NCBI GenBank assembly: GCA_026387175.1
Contig: JAPLME010000012.1
Coordinates: 5,849 to 69,848, forward strand
Direction: 5' to 3'
From: Candidatus Omnitrophota bacterium
GTDB taxonomy: Bacteria; Omnitrophota; Gorgyraeia; 2-01-FULL-45-10
DNA length: 64,000 bases
This document shows, one piece after another, positions 32,419 to 41,788 of the stretch. Numbering within the stretch: position 1 is the stretch's first letter; each line of letters starts with the position of its first letter. The position numbers and the translations under genes are program-made. The notes under the pieces were generated by a model. It saw only the letters and a list, made by a program, of their open reading frames with translations, searched no databases and was not told the DNA's origin.

Positions 32419-32967
32419 ATGGCTGTGAAAGAGAAATCCAAAGTAATGGATAAAGAGGCGATCGATAAAGCGCTCGAGCGCATAGCCCACGAAATCATCG
32501 AGCATTTCGAGGATCTGGACGATATAGCGGTGATAGGAATAAAAAACCGCGGAGCACACCTGGCCCAGCGCCTTGCATTAAAAATAGGGCGTATCACAAA
32601 GAAGAACCCGCCCGTCGGAGCGCTCGATATAACTCTTTACAGGGACGACCTTACGCAGGTAGCGGAACAGCCGGTTGTCCATGCCACGGAAATAGATTTT
32701 ACCATAGAGGGCAGGAATATAGTCCTGGTCGACGACGTTCTCTTCACCGGCCGTACGATAAGGTGCGCCCTTGACGCTCTGATAGATTTCGGCCGCCCGG
32801 GCTGTATACAGCTCGCCGTGCTCGTAGATAGGGGGCATAGGGAGCTTCCGATAAAAGCCGATTATGTAGGCAAGAATGTGCCGACATCCGCCGATGAGCT
32901 TGTCGAGGTAAGGCTTGCGGAGACAGACGGCAAAGATGAGGTTGTGCTTTGTCAGAAGACGTCCTAA
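32419..32967 (+). CDS. pyrR: Bifunctional pyr operon regulator / uracil phosphoribosyltransferase PyrR
   Basis: PRT motif VLVDDVLFTGRTIRCALDAL. Confidence 0.9.
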   Translation: MAVKEKSKVMDKEAIDKALERIAHEIIEHFEDLDDIAVIGIKNRGAHLAQRLALKIGRITKKNPPVGALDITLYRDDLTQVAEQPVVHATEIDFTIEGRNIVLVDDVLFTGRTIRCALDALIDFGRPGCIQLAVLVDRGHRELPIKADYVGKNVPTSADELVEVRLAETDGKDEVVLCQKTS

Positions 32968-32982
32968 AGATGAGGTTGTTCT

Positions 32983-33936
32983 ATGAATAATAAGTTTGTC
33001 TGGACCAAAAAGGACCTGCTGGGGCTCGAATATCTTTCAGCTGAAGAGATAAAGTTCATTTTATATACCGCCGGAAGCTTTAAAGAAGTGACGACCAGGC
33101 AGATAAAAAAAGTGCCCGCGCTTCGGGGCAAAACGGTCGTGAACCTGTTCTACGAACCGTCGACGAGGACCCGCGCTTCGTTTGAGCTAGCGGCAAAGAG
33201 GCTGTCGGCGGATGTTTTAAATATAGCAGTGGAATCGTCCAGCGTGAAGAAGGGCGAGACGCTGATGGACACCGGAAAGAATATAGAGGCCCTCAAGATA
33301 GATATAATAGTGGTGCGCCATAACTGCAGCGGCGCCCCGCAGATACTGGCGCGTTCGGTCTCCTCCAGCATCGTGAACGCGGGTGACGGATGGCACGAAC
33401 ACCCGACTCAGGCGCTCCTGGACATTTTTACGTTAAAAGAGAAACTCGGTAAAATAGAGGGCTTACGGGTCAGCATAATAGGCGATATAGCGCACTCCAG
33501 AGTCGCGCGTTCGAATATCTGGGGGCTGACCAAATTAGGCGCCAAAGTCACCGTCTGCGCGCCGGAGATGCTGATCCCCGAAGGTATAGAGAAAATGGGC
33601 GTTAAGACCACGACGAACCTCGATGAAGCATTAGAAGGGGCGGACGCTATAAATGTGCTCAGGATGCAGTTTGAGAGAGATGCGGCCGTGGCCTTTCCGT
33701 CAAAACTCGAATATTTAAAGAATTACGGTATCACCACAGAGAGGCTCGCCAAATGCAAGAAAGATATAGTGGTTATGCATCCAGGGCCCATCAATAGAGG
33801 TGTGGAGATGTCGAGCGAAGTGGCTGATGGTAAAAACTCGGTCATATTAGAGCAGGTGACCAACGGGATAGCGGTCAGGATGGCGGTCCTCTATCTTGTC
33901 TCAGCCGCCAAGGATAAACCCGGAGGCTTAAAGTAG
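32983..33936 (+). CDS. pyrB: Aspartate carbamoyltransferase catalytic subunit
   Basis: STRTR and HPTQ motifs. Confidence 0.9.
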   Translation: MNNKFVWTKKDLLGLEYLSAEEIKFILYTAGSFKEVTTRQIKKVPALRGKTVVNLFYEPSTRTRASFELAAKRLSADVLNIAVESSSVKKGETLMDTGKNIEALKIDIIVVRHNCSGAPQILARSVSSSIVNAGDGWHEHPTQALLDIFTLKEKLGKIEGLRVSIIGDIAHSRVARSNIWGLTKLGAKVTVCAPEMLIPEGIEKMGVKTTTNLDEALEGADAINVLRMQFERDAAVAFPSKLEYLKNYGITTERLAKCKKDIVVMHPGPINRGVEMSSEVADGKNSVILEQVTNGIAVRMAVLYLVSAAKDKPGGLK

Positions 33937-35231
33937 TGAAATATCTCATTAAGAACGGCAGGGTGATAGATCCCGCTAATAAGATCGATGGAGAATTTGA
34001 TATACTGGTCTCCGGTGATAAGATCGAAAAGATCGGCCCGCGCTTAAATGAGAAGTGCGGCAAGGTTATAGACGCTAAAGGCAAGATAGTCGCCCCGGGC
34101 TTTATCGATATGCATACGCATCTGAGGGAGCCGGGCAGGGAAGATAAGGAAACTATCGCCAGCGGCACCCGAGCCGCCGTGCGCGGCGGATTTACCACTA
34201 TCTGCTGTATGCCGAACACGGAGCCCGCCATAGACAATCCCAAGACCGTAAAACTCGTCAAAGATATTATTAAGAAGGACGCTTTATGTAATGTCCTGAT
34301 AGTCGGAGCCATAACGCTTTCGCGTCTGGGTAAAGAGCTTGCCGATCTTGCCGGTATGAAAAGGGCAGGCGTTATAGCCCTTTCCGACGACGGTTCATCG
34401 GTAGAGGATAGGGACCTTATGCGGGATGCGTTTAAAGAGACAAAAATAAACGGCATGCTCGTAATGGACCACTGTGAGGATCCTGCGTTATCGGCTCTCG
34501 GCGTGGTCAACAAAGGTTTTATCTCTACGAAGATGGGGCTCAAAGGAATAGCTAAAGCCGCGGAATACGAGATGATAAAGCGTGATATAGAGCTGGCTGA
34601 ACGAGCGGCCGCGCGGATCCATATAGCGCATGTGAGCTGCGGCGAATCTGTGGAGATAATAAGGAAAGCGAAGAAGCGGGGGGTGAAGGTGACGGCAGAG
34701 ACAGCGCCTCACTACTTCACGCTTACGGAAGAGTGCTGCGTGACGTATGATACAAATACAAAGATGAACCCGCCTCTTCGGACGAAAGAAGACGTCGAAG
34801 CCATAAAGAAGGGGCTCTCCGAAGGCACGATAGACGCCATAGCTACGGATCATGCGCCTCATACAGACTCGGAGAAGGACGTTGAATTCGATTTTGCTCC
34901 ATTCGGGATAATAGGCCTCGAGACTGCGCTCGGCCTGGCTGTGACGGAACTGGTCGAGAAAAAAATTCTATCATGGGACGAACTTATCGAGAAGATGTCC
35001 ATTAACCCCGCGAAGATCCTGGGCGTCGAGGCCCTCGGCCTGAAAGAGGGCGCTCCGGCGGATATCGTAATAATAGATCCTGCGGAAGAATACACGTATG
35101 CCAAAGGCTCCATAGAATCGAAATCGAAGAACTCGCCTTTTGTGGGCTGGCGGCTTAAAGGAAAAGTCACGGACGTTTTTGTCAGAGGCGAACCTGTGAT
35201 GGAAGGAAAGTCGATCAAGGCGGACAGATGA
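33936..35231 (+). CDS. pyrC: Dihydroorotase
   Basis: Amidohydrolase: PGFIDMHTHLREPG, DHAPH. Confidence 0.9.
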   Translation: MKYLIKNGRVIDPANKIDGEFDILVSGDKIEKIGPRLNEKCGKVIDAKGKIVAPGFIDMHTHLREPGREDKETIASGTRAAVRGGFTTICCMPNTEPAIDNPKTVKLVKDIIKKDALCNVLIVGAITLSRLGKELADLAGMKRAGVIALSDDGSSVEDRDLMRDAFKETKINGMLVMDHCEDPALSALGVVNKGFISTKMGLKGIAKAAEYEMIKRDIELAERAAARIHIAHVSCGESVEIIRKAKKRGVKVTAETAPHYFTLTEECCVTYDTNTKMNPPLRTKEDVEAIKKGLSEGTIDAIATDHAPHTDSEKDVEFDFAPFGIIGLETALGLAVTELVEKKILSWDELIEKMSINPAKILGVEALGLKEGAPADIVIIDPAEEYTYAKGSIESKSKNSPFVGWRLKGKVTDVFVRGEPVMEGKSIKADR

Positions 35232-36025
35232 GACAGTTAAAAGCGGAGATATTATCGAATAAAAAAGTCGGCAGCGGCTTTTATAGAATGAAGCTCGGTG
35301 AAAACTATCTGGCAAAAATCACGCGGGCCGGGCAGTTCGTTGAAGTAAGATGCTCGAGCGGCGCGGAAACGCTTCTTCGCAGGCCGCTCGGCGTGCATAG
35401 GATATGGCCCGACGGTATCGAGATGCTGTATGAGGTGGTGGGGAAGGGTACTGCGCTTCTCTCCGAAAAAAAAGCCGGCGAAAAACTGGATATGATCGGG
35501 CCTCTGGGGAACGGTTTCGATACGGATCTCGCGTCTGATATCAATATACTGGTAGCGGGAGGGATCGGCGTGGCGCCTCTTACGGCGCTCGCGGAGAACT
35601 TACGCGCAAGACAGAATAAAAAAGTGCATGTCATGATCGGCGCCAGGACGAGATCGCATATAATGTGCAAAGAAGAGTTCAAGTCTCTGGGATGCAGCGT
35701 CAAGATTTCCACGGATGACGGGTCAAGGGGCTATAAGGGCTTTGCGACGGAGCTTCTCATTAATTTACTTGCAACCTGTAAGCCTGAGACCTATTTGCCC
35801 CAATTCAGGCGCGTGATGGTCTACGCTTGCGGCCCGATGGAGATGCTGAGGGCCGTAAGGGCGATTACGCTAAAGCGCGGCATCCCGTGCCAGGTCTCGC
35901 TCGAAGAGCGCATGGCATGTGGAGTAGGAGTTTGCCTGGGCTGTCCCGTAAAGATGAAGACGGGCGGCTACAAGATGGTCTGTAAGGACGGCCCGGTTTT
36001 TAACACGGAGGATCTCGCCTGGTGA
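35228..36025 (+). CDS. pyrK: Dihydroorotate dehydrogenase electron-transfer subunit
   Basis: FAD/NAD-binding fold and a C-terminal [2Fe-2S] Cys cluster (CGVGVCLGC). Confidence 0.85.
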   Translation: MRQLKAEILSNKKVGSGFYRMKLGENYLAKITRAGQFVEVRCSSGAETLLRRPLGVHRIWPDGIEMLYEVVGKGTALLSEKKAGEKLDMIGPLGNGFDTDLASDINILVAGGIGVAPLTALAENLRARQNKKVHVMIGARTRSHIMCKEEFKSLGCSVKISTDDGSRGYKGFATELLINLLATCKPETYLPQFRRVMVYACGPMEMLRAVRAITLKRGIPCQVSLEERMACGVGVCLGCPVKMKTGGYKMVCKDGPVFNTEDLAW

Positions 36026-36939
36026 AAATGAATCTAGGAGTTAAGATAGGGAAGCTGAAACTGAAAAACCCGGTGATGGTGGCCTCCGGCACATGGGGCG
36101 CCGAATACGGGGAGCTCTACGATATCAATAAGCTCGGCGCGATCGTGCTTAAGACTATTACTCTCGAAGAGCGCACGGGTAACCCGTCGCCGCGCGTATG
36201 TGAGACAGCGTCCGGCATGCTTAACTCGATAGGCCTTGAGAATAAGGGCGTCGAGGATTTTATCAATAACAAATTGCCTAAATTACGCGGCGCCAAGACG
36301 CATGTGATAGCAAGCATCGCAGGTAGCGGCAAGAATGAGTTTAAAGAGCTTGCCAGGCGCCTTTCCAGATGCGAACGAGTGAATGCGCTCGAACTTAACC
36401 TCTCATGCCCCAATATCAGCTATGGTTCAGGAGAAGACCTTATCGCGCATAATGAGAAAGCGGTCTATGAAGTCGTGAAAGCCGTAAAGCGCTCGACAGG
36501 GCTCACGATAATAACGAAGCTCTCTCCCAATGTTACGGATATTAAGGTCTTCGCGAAGGCGGCCGAGGCGGGAGGTTCCGACGCCATCGCGCTCACCAAC
36601 ACATTCATAGGCATGGCGGTGGATATTAATACGAAGAAGCCGATGCTCGGCAATGTCACAGGCGGATTGAGCGGACCGGCGGTAAAACCACTGTCATTAA
36701 GGGCCGTCTGGGAGGCGAGCAAAGCTATCGACATCCCGATCATCGGCATCGGCGGTATAATGGATTATAGGGATGCCGTGGAATTTATGCTCTGCGGGGC
36801 GAGCGCTATCCAGGTTGGGACAGCTAATTTCGTTAACCCCAGGGCACCGGTGGAAATAATCAAGGGCCTGGAAGAATATTTAAAGAAAAAGAATATAAAC
36901 AGCGTTAGTAAATTAATCGGAGCGGTAAAACTAGGATAA
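36022..36939 (+). CDS. pyrD: Dihydroorotate dehydrogenase catalytic subunit (class 1B)
   Basis: LKNPVMVASGT...NLSCPN... TIM-barrel motifs. Confidence 0.9.
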   Translation: MKMNLGVKIGKLKLKNPVMVASGTWGAEYGELYDINKLGAIVLKTITLEERTGNPSPRVCETASGMLNSIGLENKGVEDFINNKLPKLRGAKTHVIASIAGSGKNEFKELARRLSRCERVNALELNLSCPNISYGSGEDLIAHNEKAVYEVVKAVKRSTGLTIITKLSPNVTDIKVFAKAAEAGGSDAIALTNTFIGMAVDINTKKPMLGNVTGGLSGPAVKPLSLRAVWEASKAIDIPIIGIGGIMDYRDAVEFMLCGASAIQVGTANFVNPRAPVEIIKGLEEYLKKKNINSVSKLIGAVKLG

Positions 36940-36942
36940 CTT

Positions 36943-37656
36943 ATGGATCCGAAAGAGAAGCTGATAATAGCGCTTGACGTGGATACGAAAGAGAAAGCGT
37001 TGTCGCTCGTCGATATGTTAAAGAGCGATGTAAAGTTTTTCAAGATCGGCCTTGAGCTCTTTTCATCATGCGGCCCGTCAATCGTCGGAGACGTAAGTCG
37101 AAAGAGCTGTCGGATATTCCTGGACCTGAAGTATCATGATATACCCAATACCGTATCAAAGTCTGCGGTAAGCGTAACCAAGCTGGGCGTCTTCATGTTA
37201 AATCTTCATGCGCTTGGCGGATATGAAATGATGAAGAAGGCCGCGTCGGCTGTCAGGCAGGAGGCCGATAGATTAAAGATAACAAGGCCGAAGGTCATCG
37301 CCGTCACTATCCTTACAAGCATGGATGAAACGGCCTTGAAGAAAGCGGGTATAAATGATACTATGGACGCCGCGGTCTTGAGGCTGGCGAAGCTGGCAAA
37401 AGAGGCAGGACTCGATGGTGTTGTCGCCTCACCGTCCGAGATCAAGTTATTGCGAGAAGGCCTCGGCAAGGATTTTCTGATAGTCACTCCCGGGGTGCGG
37501 CCTGAATGGGCCGCGGCAGGCGACCAAAAGAGGATCGCGACGCCTGCTCAGGCGATTAGGGATGGTGCCAGCTTTATCGTAGTCGGCCGCCCTGTGACGG
37601 AGGCCAAAGACCCGCGGGAAGCGGCAAGAAAAATATTGAAAGAGATGGATCTGTGA
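36943..37656 (+). CDS. pyrF: Orotidine 5'-phosphate decarboxylase
   Basis: LIIALDV...DLKYHDIPNT motifs. Confidence 0.9.
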   Translation: MDPKEKLIIALDVDTKEKALSLVDMLKSDVKFFKIGLELFSSCGPSIVGDVSRKSCRIFLDLKYHDIPNTVSKSAVSVTKLGVFMLNLHALGGYEMMKKAASAVRQEADRLKITRPKVIAVTILTSMDETALKKAGINDTMDAAVLRLAKLAKEAGLDGVVASPSEIKLLREGLGKDFLIVTPGVRPEWAAAGDQKRIATPAQAIRDGASFIVVGRPVTEAKDPREAARKILKEMDL

Positions 37657-38222
37657 CCGACAAAGAGGTAATTGGGCTATTCGAAAAAAACAATGCTCTT
37701 CTGAGCGGGCATTTTAAACTTTCCAGCGGCCGGCATAGCGAAAAATACCTGCAATGCGCTCTCGTGCTCCAATATCCGGATATAGCCGAAAAGCTCGCGA
37801 AGGAGCTGGCCGAGAAATTCGCCGGCACCAAAATCGACCTTGTAGTAGGGCCGGCACTCGGCGGAATGACATTTGCGTATGAAGTCGCCAGGGCGCTCGG
37901 TGTACGCGGAATATTCACAGAGCGGGATGGGGGTAAGATGACCTTGCGTCGCGGCTTCTCGATAGCTTCCGGAGAGAAGGTCCTTATAGCGGAAGATGTT
38001 GTGACGACAGGCCTGTCCACTAAAGAGGTGATGGATGTCGTAAGGGCACATGGCGGTGCAGTAGTGGCCGTGACGAGCATAATAGACAGGAGCGATGCAG
38101 CTCCCGACTACGGAGTCAGGTTTGAGTCTCTCGCGAAGATCAAGGTAGAGACATATGAGCCGGAAGCGTGTCCGCTCTGTAAAGCAGGAAGCCCGGCGGT
38201 AAAGCCCGGTTCCAGGAAATAA
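37653..38222 (+). CDS. pyrE: Orotate phosphoribosyltransferase
   Basis: PRT motif VLIAEDVVTTGLS. Confidence 0.9.
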   Translation: MTDKEVIGLFEKNNALLSGHFKLSSGRHSEKYLQCALVLQYPDIAEKLAKELAEKFAGTKIDLVVGPALGGMTFAYEVARALGVRGIFTERDGGKMTLRRGFSIASGEKVLIAEDVVTTGLSTKEVMDVVRAHGGAVVAVTSIIDRSDAAPDYGVRFESLAKIKVETYEPEACPLCKAGSPAVKPGSRK

Positions 38223-38237
38223 GAAAAATAATTTTGT

Positions 38238-38312
38238 GGGCAAGTAGCTCAATGGCGGAGCACTCGGTTTACATCCGAGTGGTTACAGGTTCGAGTCCTG
38301 TCTTGCCCACCA
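38238..38312 (+). tRNA. tRNA-Val (anticodon TAC)
   Basis: GGGCAAGTAGCTCAATGGCGGAGCACTCGGTTTACATCCGAG...GGTTCGAGTCCTGTCTTGCCCACCA. Confidence 0.8.
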
Positions 38313-38350
38313 TAATAAGTCAATCTACCTCTGTGTTTTAAGGTTTAGCG

Positions 38351-38473
38351 TAGGGACTTGAAGCTTGCGAGCGCCGACGAATAGGAGGAAAAGGTCTCCG
38401 ACCGGCAGCGAGCAAGCTGGCTACGCAGGTGAGCTCTGCGAACCGAAGTAGCCGAGTCCTGTCTTGCCCACCA
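38351..38473 (+). repeat. tRNA-linked conserved ~100-nt element, copy 1; ends in a direct repeat of the tRNA-Val(TAC) 3' end
   Basis: Core GAAGCTTGCGAGCGCCGACGAATAGGAGGAAAAG...CAGCGAGCAAGCTGGCTACGCAGGTGAGCTCTGCGAACCGAAGTAGCCGA, then GAGTCCTGTCTTGCCCACCA. The final 21 nt are identical to tRNA positions 38292-38312. The left end GGGACTTGAA is near-inverse of the T-arm TTCGAGTCC. Confidence 0.6.
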
Positions 38474-38486
38474 TCCTTCATCTATT

Positions 38487-38729
38487 ATGAGCAACTGGAC
38501 CCTATATATACTCAAATGTTCCGACGGATCTCTGTATACCGGGATAACGACGGATCTCGGGAAGCGCTTTAAATGCCACAATGAAGGCAAGGCCTCGAAG
38601 TATACGAGATCCAGGCTTCCCGTGAAACTGGCATATAAAAGATCTCTGAAGGATGAATCTTCCGCAAGAAAAGAAGAGGCCCGAATTAAGGGCCTCTCCA
38701 GAAAAGCAAAACTCGATATTATATCTTAG
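38487..38729 (+). CDS. GIY-YIG nuclease superfamily small protein (YhbQ/UPF0213-like)
   Basis: WTLYILKCSDGSLYTGITTDLGKRFKCHNEG...KYTRSRLPVKLAY. Confidence 0.7.
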   Translation: MSNWTLYILKCSDGSLYTGITTDLGKRFKCHNEGKASKYTRSRLPVKLAYKRSLKDESSARKEEARIKGLSRKAKLDIIS

Positions 38730-40284
38730 GGCGCCTAAACTTAGCGAACGGAATGTTGCTGTGAGGTTTGCTGTAAGGTACCTGGCCGTGGCTGTGTTTC
38801 TCGCCGGTGTTTGGGCTAGCGTGTTGGCTGCCCTCGCGCCTTGGGCCGTATTCCGGCCTCGGAGCGTATGCGCGTTTTTCGCCATAGCTGCTTCCACTAC
38901 TACTTCCGCCGCTGCTATGTTCGCGATTACTGCTCTTATTATATGAGTGCCTCGGCTGGCCTCCGCCGAAACCGCGCGGCTTGCCATAACTACTGCCACC
39001 GCCGGACCCCCTGCCACCGAATCCGCCGCCACGGTTACCGCCACCACCGTATCTCGGCCTATATCCTGATGAGCCATGGCTTGAACCTTGAACGAATGTC
39101 TCTTTCGGAAGCTCTGGATGTTCCGATATAGGAATTGCAGCCTTAATGAGTCTTTCTATATTCTTTACGTCCGGGCCCTGATCCGGCGTGGCGAATGATA
39201 TCGCGCGGCCTTCCAGTCCGGCTCTCGCGGTGCGGCCTATGCGATGAACATAATTCTCCGACTCTTCCGGAAGGTCAAAGTTAATGACCACCTCTATGCC
39301 CGCCACATCTATTCCGCGGGCTGCGATATCGGTCGCTACGAGTATCCTGTATCTGCCGTTCTTAAAACCCTCTAGCGCTTCCTTGCGCTGTCCGAGCGTA
39401 CGATCCGAATGTATCTCGGCGGCTTTATGGCCCATATCCCTGATAAGGCGGGTCGTCTTCTTAGCTCCGATCCTTGTCCTGGTGAATAAGAGGACCGAAC
39501 CATGATACTGGGCGAGGATCTTTTCGAGAAGATGCCTCTTCGATTCCTTCTTTACGATGAATAATTCCTGAGTAACGAGTTCTACGGTAGTTCCTGAGGG
39601 AGCGACCTCCACGCTTACGGGCAGTTTCATGTGCGCCGTGGCGATCTTCATGATCTCGGCCGGTATGGTCGCCGAGAAGAGCAGCGTCTGCCTGTTGCGC
39701 GGTATCGCTTTTATTATCTGTTCGATCGATGGCAGAAATCCCATGTCGAGCATGCGGTCGGCCTCATCGAGCACCAGTATATTCACATCGGCCATCATTA
39801 TAGTGTGCCGTTCCATGTGATCGACCAGTCTTCCGGGTGTGGCGATGAGAATGCGCGGGTTCTTTCTCAGAGCCTGTATCTGCAGCCCCATAGCCGCTCC
39901 CCCTATCAGGACGGCGGTCTTTATGCCGAATATGGGAGCGATCTTGCGGAATGTCTCATCTATCTGTATCGCGAGTTCGCGTGTCGGCGCGAGAACGAGG
40001 CATCTGCCCTTGCCTTGCGCGAGCCTCTGTATCACGGGGATCGCGAAAGCGAGCGTCTTGCCGGTTCCTGTCTGGGCTATGCCTATCATATCTTTGCCCT
40101 CGATAGCCTGAGGGATAGCCTTGTGCTGTATCGGCGTAGGAACGGTGAACGAAAGCTTGCTCAATGTTTCGAGTATCTTTGGAGCTATGCCTAAACCGTA
40201 AAACGATCCGCCCGCCTGCTGAGGCTGTTGAGGTTGTTGCGGTTGCTGCGGTTCGATGCTTGAAGCGTCAAAATGCCATGCCAT
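38719..40284 (-). CDS. DEAD-box ATP-dependent RNA helicase with an N-terminal (QQP)n tract and a C-terminal RGG/Gly-rich tail
   Basis: Motifs: Q-motif, GKTLAF, DEAD, SAT, HRIGRTARAG; C-terminus GGGGNRGGGFGGRGSGGG. Confidence 0.9.
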   Translation of the reverse strand: MAWHFDASSIEPQQPQQPQQPQQAGGSFYGLGIAPKILETLSKLSFTVPTPIQHKAIPQAIEGKDMIGIAQTGTGKTLAFAIPVIQRLAQGKGRCLVLAPTRELAIQIDETFRKIAPIFGIKTAVLIGGAAMGLQIQALRKNPRILIATPGRLVDHMERHTIMMADVNILVLDEADRMLDMGFLPSIEQIIKAIPRNRQTLLFSATIPAEIMKIATAHMKLPVSVEVAPSGTTVELVTQELFIVKKESKRHLLEKILAQYHGSVLLFTRTRIGAKKTTRLIRDMGHKAAEIHSDRTLGQRKEALEGFKNGRYRILVATDIAARGIDVAGIEVVINFDLPEESENYVHRIGRTARAGLEGRAISFATPDQGPDVKNIERLIKAAIPISEHPELPKETFVQGSSHGSSGYRPRYGGGGNRGGGFGGRGSGGGSSYGKPRGFGGGQPRHSYNKSSNREHSSGGSSSGSSYGEKRAYAPRPEYGPRREGSQHASPNTGEKHSHGQVPYSKPHSNIPFAKFRRPKI

Positions 40285-40487
40285 ATTGAATTTTACCTTT
40301 TTGTTGTGGTTTTCAGACCATATAAAAACAAAAAAACCGCTAGGTTAGTGATCTTTCTACCTTGCGGTTACAGATTCTAATCTCCATGTCGAGCCTCATC
40401 GTACCACAGCAGTTGCTATTTGTCCAGACATTTCTTAAAATACCCGAAAGTTTACTTTTTCATAAGTTTTATGTTATAATATCGTTC

Positions 40488-41486
40488 ATGAAGATATCAG
40501 AACTGGCGCGCCTAATCGGCGGCGTTGTCGAAGGCGATGGCAATATTGATATAAAAGGTCTGGGCGGAATAGAATCTGCCAAGGCGGGCGAGCTCACATT
40601 CGCTACAGACGAAGAGAAGCTCTCATATGCCGAGCGCTCGAACGCTTCATGTGTTTTGACCGCTAAAACCGTCAGAAGCTCCACAAAGCCCCTGATAAAG
40701 GTCGATAATCCGAAACTTTCGTTCCTGATCATATATAATACCCTCAATACCCCTGAGCGGAGGGGAGAGTTTCGGCATCCTACGGCTACAGTGGAGAAGT
40801 CCGCGCGGCTCGGGAAGAACGTCTGGATCGGGCCCCATGTTTCGATAGAGGACGGGGTCGAGATAGGCGATAACGCTATAATCGAGTCCAATTCCGCAAT
40901 TAAGAAGAATTGCCGGCTGGGGCCATCCTGCCGGGTCTATCCGAATGTAACATTATATGAAGGTATGGTGCTGGGGCGCAATGTCATACTTCACAGCGGA
41001 GTGGTGGTAGGCGCCGATGGTTTCGGATACGTTAGAGAGAAAGATAAGATATATAAATTTCCTCAAGCCGGGAAGGTTATTATAGGAGATGACGTAGAGA
41101 TAGGCGCCAATACCACCATCGACAGGGGATCCATGAATGATACCGTCATAGGCGCCGGCACTAAGATAGATAACCTGTGCCAGATAGCGCATAACGTCAG
41201 GATAGGCAAGAATACGATAATAGCCGGCCATAGCGGCGTTTCCGGGTCGACCGTGATCGGCGATAACGTCACCATCGCCGGAAAAGTCGGCATAGCCGAT
41301 AACCTTACGATAGGGTCTAACGCGATTGTAGGCGGAGGAACCTCCGTCATCGGGGATATCAGGGAAGGCGAAGTGGTCTGGGGATTTCCCGCAAGACCTA
41401 TACGCGAGATGAAGCGGCAGCTGGCGACCCTCTCATGGCTGACGAAGCATTTTGGGGCTCTTTCCAAACTCCTGCACAAAGAATAA
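40488..41486 (+). CDS. lpxD: UDP-3-O-acylglucosamine N-acyltransferase
   Basis: [12 protein letters not shown] start is typical of LpxD, followed by left-handed beta-helix hexapeptide repeats. The listed ORF from 40362 carries an implausible N-terminal extension. Confidence 0.8.
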   Translation: MKISELARLIGGVVEGDGNIDIKGLGGIESAKAGELTFATDEEKLSYAERSNASCVLTAKTVRSSTKPLIKVDNPKLSFLIIYNTLNTPERRGEFRHPTATVEKSARLGKNVWIGPHVSIEDGVEIGDNAIIESNSAIKKNCRLGPSCRVYPNVTLYEGMVLGRNVILHSGVVVGADGFGYVREKDKIYKFPQAGKVIIGDDVEIGANTTIDRGSMNDTVIGAGTKIDNLCQIAHNVRIGKNTIIAGHSGVSGSTVIGDNVTIAGKVGIADNLTIGSNAIVGGGTSVIGDIREGEVVWGFPARPIREMKRQLATLSWLTKHFGALSKLLHKE

Positions 41487-41539
41487 AAATCTTGCCATGC
41501 GTGGCAGAATAATTATATAATACCGCTGGCAAATTTACC

Positions 41540-41616
41540 GGGGACGTAGTTCAGTTGGTTAGAACGTCAGATTGTCGATCTGAAGGTCGCGGGTTCGACC
41601 CCCGTCGTCCCCGCCA
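41540..41616 (+). tRNA. tRNA-Asp (anticodon GTC)
   Basis: GGGGACGTAGTTCAGTTGGTTAGAACGTCAGATTGTCGATCTGAAGGTCGCGGGTTCGACCCCCGTCGTCCCCGCCA. Confidence 0.8.
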
Positions 41617-41623
41617 CTTTAGG

Positions 41624-41659
41624 AAATGCCTTACAAAATAACTGTAGGGCATTTTTATT
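41624..41659 (+). terminator. Rho-independent terminator-like hairpin after tRNA-Asp
   Basis: aaatgcc-(17 nt)-ggcattt followed by TTTATT. Confidence 0.4.
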
Positions 41660-41660
41660 G

Positions 41661-41788
41661 GTGGCGGGGATATAGGGGGTCGAAGCTCGCGAGCGCCGAC
41701 GAATAGGAGGAAAAGCGCTATGCGCGACAGCGAGCGAGCTGGCTACGCAGGCGAGCTCTGCGAGCCGAAGTAGCCGACCCCCGTCGTC
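41661..41788 (+). repeat. tRNA-linked conserved ~100-nt element, copy 2; bracketed by an inverted and a direct copy of the tRNA-Asp 3' end
   Basis: Left: TGGCGGGGAtataGGGGGTCGAA (reverse complement of TTCGACCCCCGTCGTCCCCGCCA with a 4-nt change). Core nearly identical to copy 1. Right: CGACCCCCGTCGTC (41775-41788). Confidence 0.6.

Noticed and set aside
38502-39077. 191-aa minus-strand ORF and the 38841..39131 / 38653..38946 plus-strand ORFs
   Set aside because: These are alternative frames through the GC-rich RGG tail of the DEAD-box helicase and antisense to the GIY-YIG gene. Ala/Arg-rich artefacts.
40362-40487. N-terminal 42-aa extension of the lpxD ORF
   Set aside because: The extension ([20 protein letters not shown]...) is non-conserved and hydrophobic. 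LpxD orthologs start at MKxSELA, which corresponds to the ATG at 40488.
41717-41770. 17-aa peptide (MRDSERAGYAGELCEPK) with a perfect AGGAGG RBS inside tRNA-linked element copy 2
   Set aside because: Frame is not preserved in copy 1 (no ATG, 1-nt indel, in-frame stop), so the conserved unit is the nucleotide sequence, not a peptide.
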